A DNA stretch of 64,000 nucleotides from assembly GCF_009914755.1 (NCBI RefSeq), contig NC_060933.1; one strand, given 5' to 3'. Below are positions 14,051 to 27,800 of the stretch, piece after piece. The stretch is from the human T2T-CHM13v2.0 reference genome, Homo sapiens. The notes beneath the pieces were generated by a model that was not told the DNA's origin, ran no database searches, and saw only the letters and a program-made list of their open reading frames with translations. The position numbers and the translations under genes are program-made. Each line of letters opens with the position of its first letter. Within the stretch, counting starts at the first letter, position 1.

Positions 14051-14254
14051 AGATGTCATTTCCTGTGCTGGCACGCAGTGTGGTCCCCTTCACCAACTAC
14101 CTTCACTTCTCCCTAGCCATATGCTCTGCCCCACGATAGACATTACTCTGACTTGAATTAGGCACTAAAGTTGAAGAAGCAAGCTTCAACTTTTTTTGAA
14201 TTTTATTTCTGAATTGACTCTCTTGCAGCTGGTTGGATTCTTCAGTTACGAGGT

Positions 14255-14615
14255 CTGATAGATAAGTGGTTTTTCTTTTGGTATATATTTATCATTTTAT
14301 TTCCTGCTTTTGTCAAAAAGAAGAAAGACATTTCCTTCTTCTCTACAGCAGATGGTAATAGCAATTAGACGCAGTTATAATCCCGACCCTCAATAGCCGT
14401 CAAGTCCCACTGTGTAGCGGAACTGGATGGAAAATGATCTGGATGTTGCAGTCGGCGTGCACTTGCCCAAAGCAATCCCACCTATCAAACACAAATTCAC
14501 CAGGTGCCTGCCCCCAAAGTTGACCTGGCAGAACACAGAGAAAGAAATATTGTAATACGATGTCTTCTCTTTGTTCTATCCATTTCAATAAATTATAATG
14601 TGTAGATACTATCCA
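14255..14615. repeat. Ancient conserved repeat, probably MER121
   Basis: About 360-bp block whose core (cagatggtaatagcaattagacgcagttataatcccgaccctcaatagcc...gttgcagtcggcgtgcacttgcccaaag) resembles my recollection of MER121. Retains CpGs unlike its flanks. Confidence 0.5.
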
Positions 14616-15187
14616 TCCCCCTTATTACTACTTAAAATTTTCCTGATATCTGACTTTACCAATAACACCAACATTTTCTGCCAAAAGACTTTCTGATTAT
14701 CAGTTTATCTGGAAATAACATATCAGAATGTATCCTCTTTTGTTTGTGAAAATTCCTCATTATAGTAAGATGATGTTATAGGCATTATCTAGGTCTGGTT
14801 TGAGCGTCTGCTAATGTTAATTCCAAATTATTTTATTTTGTATTGATTACAAACAAAAAAGAGTGTAATGTTTTTTCTGGTTTTATACATAATATTTTGG
14901 TAACTTTCGTTTAACCATATACTTAATATTGATTGAATAGAAGAATAAGACAGTTCTTTTCTATCTCTCCACTTCTATACATGCTGTCAGTAGACAGGGA
15001 GGAAGCTTCTATTCTATGCGTTATTGTACAGTTATTTTTTTTAAAAAATGGGGTTTCATCTTTTTCCTATGTAATCATCATCTTCACATATCTTACTAAT
15101 TAAATGGCTAATTTGTCTAAATTGATTTCTCAAATCTTCCTAGGTCTTTTTGCCACAACAAGGGAATACATTTGAGTTTTTCCATCT

Positions 15188-16235
<1,048 letters not shown>

Positions 16236-17468
16236 TAATATAGCTATATCCCTGGCTTTTCCAATTTGGGAAGAATCACAGTAATCTGAATCCTAACCAA
16301 CTGGACCAAAATAAGCCTAGGTTTTCCTCATGGTTTTTTTACCACAGATATTTCTAAGATTCTCCCCAAGAAAATTCATGTCCATTTTTCCTGTCCATTC
16401 TTATTGCTTCTTGCCTCTTAGTCTTATATGAATGTGTTGGAGCATGACTACTGTATTTGGGATTCAGCCTTCCCAATCCTCATTTAGTACCCAATAACAG
16501 ACAATGGAACTGTCTTTTTCTTTCATGGCCATCTCTATCTCTTATCCTCTTACCCACAAAGATAATCCTCCTCAGGATTTCTACTAGGGCAAATTGTCAG
16601 AACTCCATAATTAGATATCAGTGTAATTCCCAAAGAATGAGCTCTTTAGTCTTCAATAAACCCACATATATCACTTCAACATTGTAATCTACCTTGGAAT
16701 TCACACACTAGAATGAGGTCAACATATATCCCTACATCCTTATGCTGTCTCGTGTACAATGCTATAGCAAGGATAACAGATACAATTTCTAATAATAAAG
16801 AATAAATTTCAGAGCAATTGACTCTAAATCCATATTTAGGAAAGAGACCATTTTCAGAATAAAACTTAGACTTCTACCATCAACCCCTTACCTGCTGACT
16901 TCGGCATAAGTCACACTGCGAGACACTTGACCCTTTGGAGACCCATCCACCCTCAAAAAAGATCTGGCAAAGAGTTCTGGCTGTCACTTCTGCATATGGT
17001 GCCCAGTCGACAAAATATGTTTAAATGCACTGCTTGCCTCTATGTGATAAAAGACATTTTGGCACAAGACTTTATAGAAAATTGGGTACCAATTAGGCCT
17101 TGGAAATTCATGACCATCAAGAAGGGCAAATTCTGCTCTTTCAAAACATTAGCTCCTCGCTATTTATTTGCCAATGGATTGGGCATTTCAAGACTAGACA
17201 AATGACAAACATATACTGCAACAGCTCAAATGTGTATTGTCTTTTTGTATACACTGTTGTTATTTGACATTTTTAAAAAAACAATTAAGAAATTCAGGTC
17301 ACATGAATAGGTTGGATACTTTCTGCAGTTGAACTAGTTTGTTACTTATTTCTATTTAGAAGGCTAGGAATGGAAAAGAGTAGCATTAGAATTGTGAACA
17401 TTTCTGGGAGAGTTAGAGAGGGCCCTAACCTATTCAGTTGTTATCCCTACAGGAAGACAGATCTAATG

Positions 17469-17681
17469 TAGGGGCTGGCAAACTCATGGCCCACAGATCA
17501 AATGGACTTTGCTGTTTCTGTAAGTAAAGTTTTATTGGAACATACCCTGCCCATTCATTTCCATGCTGTCTATGGCTGCTTCCACACTAAAATAGCAGAG
17601 GTAAGTTGTTGCTACAGAGACGGTATGGGCCACAAACCTTAAAATATTCAGCCCTTTATAGAGAAAGTTTGCTGACCACTG
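17469..17681 (+). mobile_element. MER58A (hAT-Charlie)
   Basis: TIR-like ends tagggggctggcaaact-like / agtttgctgaccactg; aaagttttattggaaca core; 8-bp TSD-like atctaatg/atctagtt. Confidence 0.85.
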
Positions 17682-18941
17682 ATCTAGTTTAGAGCTATCT
17701 TTCTTGTGAAAATATTTTATAAACTCTCTAGTAAAGTTGGAGATAAATATATACTTCTATGAGAAGAAGCTAACACTTAGAGATTAGATTATCTTACTAA
17801 ATTCATTCTACTAAAGTCAAAATGAGGATCTGTAAAGACTTCAAGTGTTGCCTGTGTATGTGCTGATGGGATAGTTGATTTTTCTCATCTCAGTCTGTTG
17901 GGACACAGTTGCCCCAAGGAAATGCTCTTAGTTTCAGTCATACTAAAAGTGAAAACATAAGGCCCACTGCCTGCTAATCACGTTGCATAAAAAAAAAAGA
18001 GAGAGAGAGAAAAAAACCTTTAAAACAAGAGACCGTTTTCCTCTGATCATCTTCCTCTTTAAGTGGATTGTTTGAGAGATATTAAAATAACCGAAGCAGC
18101 CTGGAGAATCCAACTTAAAAAACACATAAACCCAGCGTGCTTAAAGTTCAAAAGGTCTATTGCATAGTCACTATTAATCTCTCTATACATATTTTATTTA
18201 ACCTTCTGTAAATATTGTCATTGTAAAGTGCTTTGGACAGGCTAATGCACTGGGATGTTTTGCTAATGGAAACAGAGACAATAATGCAGAAAGCAATCAC
18301 AAGACGGGAAGAGGAGGAGGCAGATGAAGGAAAGAGCAGACTGAAAGCAGAGCCCAGGTTGTCTGGGAGAGGTGAGGCCAGGACACTGCGTGGAGCTGAC
18401 TTCTTCATTAGTAGAGGCTGGAGCCATGCCAGAGCATTCCAAAGGACTACACTCGACTTTAGGAGCCCATCAATTCCCCCTCCCCATTCTCCTTCTCTCT
18501 TTCTTTCGGTGAGCTTTAAAAGAGCATAATGTTACTTCCCCCCCACATTATAATGTACTGCTTTCCATTGGAAAATCAGTATGTAAAACTGGCAAATATC
18601 TTTTAGTTCTGGATAATCAGAGAGTAACTTTCCATTTAGTCATCTACAGTGTTTGTTAATGAGAGTTGAAGCTTTGAAGCTCTTCCTGTTTTTATGATTT
18701 TGTTCCTCCATGGTGTGTGTAATTGGTTGTTCTAAAGGATGTGGTATCCATCTTCCTACTTCCTGTCATTCCTAAACAGCATCACAAGGCTACTTCCTCA
18801 AGGGTGCTGGGGATACCGTTTTCCTGTTTCATTTCAAGAGCAACACCACCATTGCTTGAACTGGTAAAGCATTTGCTTCCTTCTCTCTCTCCTTTTTTTT
18901 TTTTTCCCTCTCCTCCATCTTCGTCTTTTTCTCTCCCTTAC

Positions 18942-19083
18942 TCTTTTGTTGTTGTTGTTGTGTTTCCCACACCAAAACACTGCCTCCAGGACTGCCTAAG
19001 TCCACGTTGGCGGGCTCCCGTTTGTGGTGCAGGTGTGCAGAGCCCTCCTCCGTGTCGTCGCCACAGCAACCCGGGGCTCTAAT
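18942..19083 (-). other. Candidate 5' UTR exon (or 3' part of a first exon)
   Basis: Minus strand: ttttctctttctgtttcttctattcatattcagcag| (NAGNAG) at 19083 and donor AGA|GTAAGG at 18942/18941; CpG-enriched. Confidence 0.4.
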
Positions 19084-19400
19084 CTGCTGAATATGAATAG
19101 AAGAAACAGAAAGAGAAAAGCCATCCACCCCCTTCTGCTCCATCCATGAGTCCAAAAGAGGGATACCGTCTCCAAGCATTCCTGATAGTCCCCCAGCCAT
19201 CGCCCAGGCAACAGTCACAGGGAACTGGCACGGCCTGCGGTGAGAAAGCAGTCCCTGTCTCAAGATCAGACCTCCTCCTCCTCTGTCTCCTCCTCCTCCT
19301 CCTCCGCTCCTCCCACCCTGGGTCCCCTATAGGCCCCTACAAACCTCCATCCCACTTCTGGTCTCCTTGCCCCACACCCTCCAGCCAGTGGGTCATTAAA
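18990..19400 (-). promoter_or_regulatory. Promoter-like GC/CpG islet with two RFX X-box-like motifs and a (GGA)n tract
   Basis: GTCGCCACAGCAAC at 19057-19070 and ATCGCCCAGGCAAC at 19199-19212 versus X-box GTYRCCATRGYAAC; (CCT)n at 19270-19312; lies in a ~3.8-kb interval with no recognisable transposon. Confidence 0.55.
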
Positions 19401-19471
19401 TCACAGACAAGGCAGAGTGTGGGGGGAGTATATGTCATATTTTTCTTCTAATGGTGCTGAAACAGTACTCT

Positions 19472-19537
19472 TGTGTGTATGTGCATGTACGCGTGTGCAC
19501 ATATATTCATATATGTGTGCATGCATGTATATGTGTG
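19472..19537. repeat. Alternating purine-pyrimidine (TG/TA/CA) low-complexity tract
   Basis: gtgtgtatgtgcatgtacgcgtgtgcacatatattcatatatgtgtgcatgcatgtatatgtgtg. Confidence 0.8.
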
Positions 19538-19802
19538 TTTATTTTAGGAGATTTTCATCCTAGTTACCTTTCAGATGAGCTGTGTTTATGAGCTGGAGAG
19601 GACGAGTTGGACAGAGAATTTTTCCTTATCGAAGCTAGTAGTTTGAAAAAACAGTCCTTTGCAGGTTCCACGACTTCAACTGTTTCTGGGCTGGAGGAGG
19701 TTTTTCAGAGCCCTTTGCTCTCTAGTGCCCATATCCAGCAGTGAAAGCTCTCATTTGTCTCCCCACCATCATGTTGATGCAGCTGGGTTTGACACTGCTT
19801 AC

Positions 19803-19920
19803 CTCAGCATTTTTTTTTTTTTTTTTGGTTGAAAGACAGAAGGCTTCCTTGTGATCCCAGCCTTTTCCTATCAAATGACACTCAGCCATGGTTTGGGTGA
19901 CTTATTTACTGGCAGCGGAC
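19803..19920 (-). other. Candidate alternative first exon ending in A-tract-ATGCTGAG|GTAAGC
   Basis: Strong donor GAG|GTAAGC at 19803/19802; accATGG at 19889. The 5' end is unknown. Confidence 0.35.
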
Positions 19921-20893
19921 CAGTAAAAACAAAAATGAACGTTCACAACTAATAAATCCTTGAGCTTAGATAGCTACAGCAACAGTGGTGGGATTACATC
20001 AAAATGTTCAGCCTGATACCACGGGGCTCCCAGGCAGTGTGGAACCTAATAAGTCAGGGGTAGGAAAAGGGGGTAAAACAAGACAAGGAACAGAGAAATT
20101 TTTTATACTCTGGGTCGAAGGCACACTCAGAAACTTTGAATGATATCATGTGCTTTCTTGGTTGGGGACTTTAAAAATGGGGAGCAGGGTACACTGTATT
20201 TGAGTCATTGGAATGGGAGGCAGCTATGCTTGCCACCTTTTTCTTTTATTCTTGGAAATTAAACCACACACATCTTCAGCATGATGAAGGAGGCCAGTCT
20301 AGATGGACTGGACAGCAAAATCACAGCTTTCTCAGCTGCACTGAAAGGAACTATTTTTATAGAGGACATGAGGTCAAGAATGTTTAGCAAACAAAATTGA
20401 ATGTCATCTACTCCTAGATAATTCTCCAAGGACCTTCCTCCTCCCAGGCCCTTACTGAAAGTGAGGGCATCTCTTTCAGGCTAGTATGATAATATTTTTA
20501 TTTGTCTTGGAATTGATCTTTTGGACAGAAGCACATTTTTTTTTCATTAGTATAAATTCAGAAAAATCCAACCACAAATCCATTGACTCTAGCTAATGTT
20601 TTCTCGCTTACTCCCTCTATGACTTCCTCTAGTTCAATAAGTAACTATACTTTCTGTAATGACTAACTATTGATTCAGCTTTTGTAATGGTTGAGCTTTT
20701 CCATACAGAGTTCAATCCCTGGGTAGAAATATGGATAACAAATGGGGACAATTTTAACATAACCCCGGTGTTTAGTTTATGTGTTGCTAAATATTACACT
20801 ATTTGGAAATATGATTGATTGATTTTACTCTTCTTTTTAAATTTTGGTTTTGGTTTCATGACTCTCAGAGAGACAGTGATGGAGGACACTTAC

Positions 20894-21029
20894 CTGAAGA
20901 CAAATGAAATCACACTCACCCAGTAGTTCTGTCTATCTGTTATAATGCAGAAAGAAACATTACTTTTTGTTTTGGTTTGGTTTGGCTTTGCCATTGTCAT
21001 ACAATGAGGCTCTGATGGCATCTGAGTAC
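20894..21029 (-). other. Candidate internal non-coding exon with two tandem donors
   Basis: Acceptor aatgacctacttcccataggcattttccag| at 21029; donors TGG|GTGAGT (20920) and CAG|GTAAGT (20894). Confidence 0.4.
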
Positions 21030-21592
21030 CTGGAAAATGCCTATGGGAAGTAGGTCATTTGATCAAGTTGCTTTCCAAAGCACCTGATTAAAAGGCATCT
21101 TATAAAATTCTGCAGAGCTCTGTGTAATTATCTTTGAAGGTTCTTCCATTGCCACTTAAAAAAAATGGCTGGGATAAAACCAGAAAAATGAAATATATAA
21201 AGGCTAATTCTGACACCTTAAGGTGTTTAGAGTTCTCACTGTCTACCAAAGATGTAGCTGCTTCAAATTCTTTCATTAGTTCCCAGGAAAGTAACACAAT
21301 TGCTCTGTGGGTGAATCTAGCTATATTATTCCCCCTACCATAGAGATATTGTCTATAGTCATTTTCTCCAAGGCAAATCAAGTATTGTTTGAATGCTATT
21401 TTGAAATCCTTAGGAAAAAAGCATTATGCATTCACATCATCTTCAAATTCTGTTTAATTCCTAGAATCCTTATTTCGCTTCCTCTTTATCTGTGATTATG
21501 CCAATATGTTGGGGGCACCTAGTATGTGCCAGACACTATCCTGTGCTCTCAGAATTCAAAGAACTTGTGATCTAAATGGGGATGCAGGAGGA

Positions 21593-21772
21593 TAGTAATA
21601 GCTAACTTTTATTGAATGCTTACTATGTGGCAGGTATTGTTTTAGCATTGTATATGTATTCATTTATTCAAGCCTCAAAACAACTCCATGAGGTAGGTAA
21701 CAATTATCCTGTATTCCAGAAGCAAAACCAAGGTACAGAGAGGTTAAATTACTCTCCCCAAATCACATGCTA
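21593..21772 (-). mobile_element. MIR
   Basis: tattgaatgcttactatgtggcagg...ctccatgaggtagg...aggtacagagaggttaaattac. Confidence 0.8.
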
Positions 21773-22419
21773 CATTATTTTTAAAGTAGTGTTTGGAAAA
21801 TATGTGACTGCGTCATGTTTGTAACTCACCGAGTCCAGTATCCTCAATACATAGTCAATAAGCAGAAGCCTTCCAGATAAGAAAGGGAAGGAAGAGGGAA
21901 TTTAGAGCCCCAAGATTAAGCCCTGACATCATCTCAACCTCTCAGGATTGCAAAGAACTCTCACTGAGGTGATGGATAATAGCTTGCAGTAAAAATGCTT
22001 GGGAGGGTGTCTCTGTGTGGTGCTGCTCATACATCATTCAACTTAGTTGCTGAAAAATTGGTTTTAGGTTGTTTTAAATGTAAATGAGTTAATATTTCTA
22101 ATGTGCTTGGAGAAGTGCTCTTAGAAGAGGACAGTGGTATATGGCACAGGTTTTTAAATAAAACTAATAAACTTAGTTGGGGGTTATATAAGTGAAAAAA
22201 ATGTAAAGGCAGAGATGTCAGTCTAGCTGCACTGTGAAACACTGAGAGACAAAAAGCCTTGTGAGAGTCAGGAAATGGAGGATGTAATATCGGTGACAAG
22301 AGAGTCCTTCCTCAAGTCAGTAAGAGCTGCATCAACCATATGTGAGTGACAAAGGCTAGACTGGTGGTCAAAGCAAACGTTAAATAGTAAAGCAAGGAGG
22401 TGACACAATCATATCTGTG

Positions 22420-22955
22420 TTTCATTGAGTAAGGTAATTTCTGTAGCAATGCAAAGGATGAAAAGGAGATTAGACAGCTGTAGCAGAAGCTCTAATTTAA
22501 ATACCATTGCAAAATCCAGATGAGAGATGCTGCTGCTGCTGAAGTGGCAATGAGATTGGAGGTGGGAAAACTTGGAAAGACATTTAGGAAATAGAATCCA
22601 GAGAACATTGTCCTTGATTGGATGATGAATCAGGGCCCCTGATAGTGTGATGACAAGAAGATGAGACCTTGGTTTGGGGCATAGATGACTAGTATATAAT
22701 GACATTCACTGAGAGAAAGATATTTGGGAGGCAGGGTGTTGAGCTAGTTTTAGGCATGTTGAGTTTATAGTACCGAACGTCTGAGAGAGAATGAGATAGG
22801 CAGTTAAAGACACAGTCTATATCCCAGGAAGAGATAGATTTTGGAGTCATGCATACAAGGGGGGTTATTTTAAGAGATGGGAGTATATGGGGACACCAAG
22901 AGAAAATAGAGATGGAGAGAAGAGATATGGGAGCCAAGGACAGAACTTGGGAACT
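22420..22955 (-). mobile_element. L2 fragment
   Basis: attgcaaaatccagatgagagatg, ggcatgttgagttt, gatagattttggagtcat and gagccaaggacagaac are typical of reverse L2. Confidence 0.7.
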
Positions 22956-24042
22956 CAGGGAAAACCCCCTGGGGCCACTTTAAAGAAGATTACAGACAAT
23001 AAAAGAAGCCTGCTCAATTAAAAAAAAAAAAAAAAAAGAAGAACTAAAAGACTCTTCTCAAGTCAAAAGTACTGTTGCTCTGTAATTCCTTCCTGCAGCT
23101 TCCAATCCATCATCAGAGCTAATCTACATTTTGAAACCATCAACCAATTCTCTGATAATGTTGGTCTTGAGACTTCATGAGCTCAAAGGCATCTTGGCAC
23201 TGTCAACCTTTTGAAACATAACTCAGTACCTCAACTTCGTAGAGGTCACTGAGAACATTCTCCTGCCTGAAAGCTTAGGTGCTATCAATCACTGATTAAA
23301 AAATGCCATCTCTTGCAAAGGCTGGCTCAGCAGAGGGGCTGAGCACAGTCTTGATGAGGAGAGAAAACGAATCCTAATTACTACCTTTGTTATCCTAGAG
23401 TTGGTTTTAAGAAATACTTTTTAAGAAATGCTGTTTACTTACCTCTCCTTATTCAATTGTTATAGGAGAATATTTAGGCAGCTTATTAGTACAATTACTG
23501 CAGGATGCAGTAAACTCCCCTCACCAGTGTATATCTTGAAAAGTATATTCAACCTCCCAAAATACAGTATTAAAACAACAACAAGAATAAAAATGCACCC
23601 TTTATGTGTTTCATTTATAATGGGCCAAATAAAAAAAAAATGCTAACTGGAATGTAATACTCCCAAAATTGGTATGAAATGAGGTGCTCTACCAGAGTTT
23701 ATTCTCGTTTTTCTCTTATCCTTAGTAGAAGCAACCATTCGTTCTGTGTTAAAGTCATCCCTTTGGAGCAGATATTGAGTGACCCTTCTTAATTCTGTAG
23801 ATATAAGGAAAGCAGGCTGTTGGCCCTGGGGAAAAACATGTATGTGACTTTGTCTGACTTAATAAATAAGCACTTTTTTTCCGCTGGTGTACAGACTACT
23901 GGGAAGGAAACAGGCAAATTCAATTAAGGAGGAAGGCCCAATAATCCCCCAATCCCTTCTTCCTGAACTTGAAATGGTGAAGATCTATGAATCAGACTAG
24001 AGTTGCCCTTACTCAGGATCCTAAAATGAAGTTACCTTAAGG

Positions 24043-24252
24043 TAGTAGTTTTCACGTATGCTGTTTTGTCCCCTCGGAGACATTTGGCAGTGTCTGGAGA
24101 CATTTTTGGTCGTCATAACTAGGGAGGTGGTGCTACTGGGATCTACTTGGTAGAGGCCAGGAATGCTGCTAAACATTCTATAATGCATAGGACAGTCCCC
24201 AACAAAGAAAGAAACTGCCTAATTGTCAGTAGTGTTGAGATTGGAAACTCTG
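24043..24252 (+). mobile_element. MER20 (hAT-Charlie)
   Basis: acatttggcagtgtctggagacatttttgg...ggtagaggccaggaatgctgctaaacat; 8-bp TSD ccttaagg/ccttaaag. Confidence 0.88.
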
Positions 24253-24682
24253 CCTTAAAGGTAGAAAGACGTAGAACCTATGGACTGATTCCGAAACTGT
24301 CAAGAGAAAGAAAGGAGAATAACGGTTTTGGTACATGAATGGCATTCTCTGAAGCCAGTTTTGTTCCATTTCTTTTTGTCTGACCAGTGTTCCAAGAAGC
24401 AGCACTCTTGGGAATAAAAACAAATGGTAATTAAGGCTGTCACCGTTGCATGTATGTGTGTAGCTAACTTAATTACAACCTGAAGGGATCATACTTCCTG
24501 TGTGCTCTGCATACAAACTTTGAAGATAACTTTGAATCTTTACCATGAGACTCAAACCTTTTACTGTGGAATTACCTCATGCCCTGTGACAGTTGCTGGG
24601 TGACAGAAGGAGCAATTTTGGGTTTGGCCCATTTTCTGGAGACTCTCCATCACTGAAAGTATTGCTAGAAAGTAGGGTCCAC

Positions 24683-25222
24683 TGACATGGTTTGGCTATG
24701 TCCCCACCCAAATCTCATCTCGACTTGTAATCAAATTGTAATCCCCATGTGTCGGGGGAGGGACCTAGTGGGAGGTGATTGGCTCATGGGGATGGTTTTC
24801 TCCATGCTGGTCTCATGATATTGAGTGAGTTCTCACAAGATCTGATGGTTTTATAAGTGGCGGTTTCCTCTGCTCTTCTCTCTTATGCTACCTTGCAAGG
24901 AAGGTTCCCACTTCCCTTTCTGTCATGATTGTAAGTTTCCTGAGGCCTCCCTAGCCAGGCAGAACTGTGAGTCAATTAAACCTCTTTCTTTTATAAATTA
25001 CACTGTCTCAGATGGTATTTTTCTTTTTTGCATTTAAAATTATTTCGTTTTATTAATTTTTTATTTCCATAGGTTTCTGGGGAACAGGTAGTATTTGGTT
25101 TCATGAGTAAGTTCTTTAGTGGTGATTTGTAAGATTTTGGTGCACCTATCACCAAAGCAGTATACACTAAATCCAATTTTCAGATGGTATTCTTTATAGC
25201 AGTGTGAAAACAGACTAATACA
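24683..25222 (+). mobile_element. THE1 (THE1D-like) solo LTR, interrupted by an L1 stub
   Basis: Starts tgacatggtttggctatgtccccacccaaatctc, ends cagactaataca; attaaa polyA-like signal. Confidence 0.9.
25020..25179 (-). mobile_element. 160-bp L1PB-like 3' stub inside THE1
   Basis: Same 3' end as the L1 at 4257; perfect 12-bp TSD tcagatggtatt at 25008-25019 and 25180-25191. Confidence 0.9.
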
Positions 25223-25668
25223 CTCACGCAGCATCAAACAATGGGTGTCAACACCTTGCCCAAGAACTTAAAAGGAGCCACTTTGCTTCATGTACTGCTC
25301 ACCAGGCTACTTCTGTTTAGCAACCAGTTCTTCTCTATTGCATTTTGCTCACCAAGAGAGAACTAAATCAGCCTGGAATCTCTTGCTGCCTCTCACGCTA
25401 CTCCCCATACCCACACACCCACCACCAACCTCCATGAATGTATACCAGGGAAGAGATGAGGACTACCGCTTGTGTGCCTATGAGGACTCAAACATATCCT
25501 AGAACCTGACAGGGACATGATAGTTTTTTTCCCAGCAGTATAAAAGCAGACCAAAGACCAGGACAATTGCAGTGGGCCATGACACCCTCTGCCTTTGCAT
25601 GGACAAAAACACCAGAACATTATTTTAAGATATTGGAGCCAGAGGGAGCCCTAAAGACCATTTGGCTT

Positions 25669-26032
<364 letters not shown>

Positions 26033-26054
26033 TTAAACAACATGAAATCCTATG

Positions 26055-26190
26055 AGTTGATGAATATGTTAATTAGCTCAATTGTGGTAATCATTTCACT
26101 ATGTATATGTATTTTAAAACACCACAATGGTACACGTTAAATTTATGCAATTTTTTGTCACATATTCCTCAATAAAGCTCTTAAAAATAA
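26055..26190 (+). mobile_element. L1M 3' end stub
   Basis: atatgttaattagctcaattgtggtaatcatttcac...cctcaataaagct. Confidence 0.75.
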
Positions 26191-26684
26191 CATTAAATCC
26201 ATAGTAAGATACTTAGTACATTTCAGTTCTGTTTCAGTCTGTCTAGTTATGATTGAATTTCATAATACTGAGTGGCAATAGAGAGGGGGTGGGGTTTGAA
26301 TTCTGACTATGCCGCCTGTAAATTAACTTGTGACCCAATCCTGACCGAAGAGAAGTTGAAGACTTTTGAGGAATTCTTAGATTTTTAAACTCTAAAGCTT
26401 ATACCTTAAGCTTCTCTATTATATTGCTATCCTGACTAAATAAATTATATAAAGGCTGGGGGACCCTATCTTGTCCTCCACTGCATGTCTAGGTCTAGGC
26501 ACACCTGGCACTGTTGCCATCTATAGGCACTTAATACATATGTGTTAAATGAACATTTTAAAAAACCATATCAATTATTGACCAAATATCTATTTTCATT
26601 TTAATGACGGTTTTTCATTATATAGATTTTCTCCCAGGCTAAATGTGAAATCATGAAGTAGACTCAGTCATTTTCTCACTGCAT

Positions 26685-26900
26685 TTTTATTTTTAATAGA
26701 TTTGGTGAGGTGTAGTTGATGGGAAATAAACCACACGTTTAAAGTGTACAGTTTGACATGCTTTAACAGATGTATACGTTTGTGAAACTTGCACCATAAT
26801 CAACATAACGAATATATCCTTTATCCCCCAAATTTGCTGGTTCTCCTTTGTAATCATCCTCTCTATGGTGAAATATCTGTTCAAATCTTTGTCCATCTCT
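26685..26900 (-). mobile_element. L1M (MB/MC) 3' fragment
   Basis: tttaaagtgtacagtttgac...ttaacagatgtatac...accataatcaa. Confidence 0.65.
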
Positions 26901-27297
26901 ATTGTTTTTTGGAGAATACTTATTCCACAAACATGAATAGATTCCATGCTATTTTGGATATTTTGGGTGCCTTTTTTTCACTTCATAGAAACAGTGCTTT
27001 TCTCTTTCTTATAATTAAGTTCACCCTTCCAGACCCACATCAAATATTGTCTTCCCTATGAAAATGTTGTAAGGTTTTGTAGTCAGAATGTATTGTTTCT
27101 CTGAGTTTTAATAGTGTGTATATATTGCATTATAATTAAGTTACTGCATGTCTGTCTTATCCTTACCCATTTCCCAGGACACAGTGTAAATATTTTCAGA
27201 ATAGGACCACTTGTTATTTATTTTTACAGTCTTTGTGCCTAACACAGAATCTAGTACATAGTATTTGCCTAATGGATATATACTGAATAATATGTAA

Positions 27298-27800
<503 letters not shown>

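Noticed and set aside
14167-14197. 10-bp inverted repeat plus T-run resembling an intrinsic terminator
   Set aside because: Eukaryotic context, AT-rich stem and no associated RNA gene; likely chance or a template-switch palindrome.
18829-19263. 144-aa minus-strand ORF over the promoter islet
   Set aside because: Non-ATG start, C-terminus made of (CAA)n and A-rich simple repeats, and no recognisable domain. Better explained as 5' UTR/promoter.
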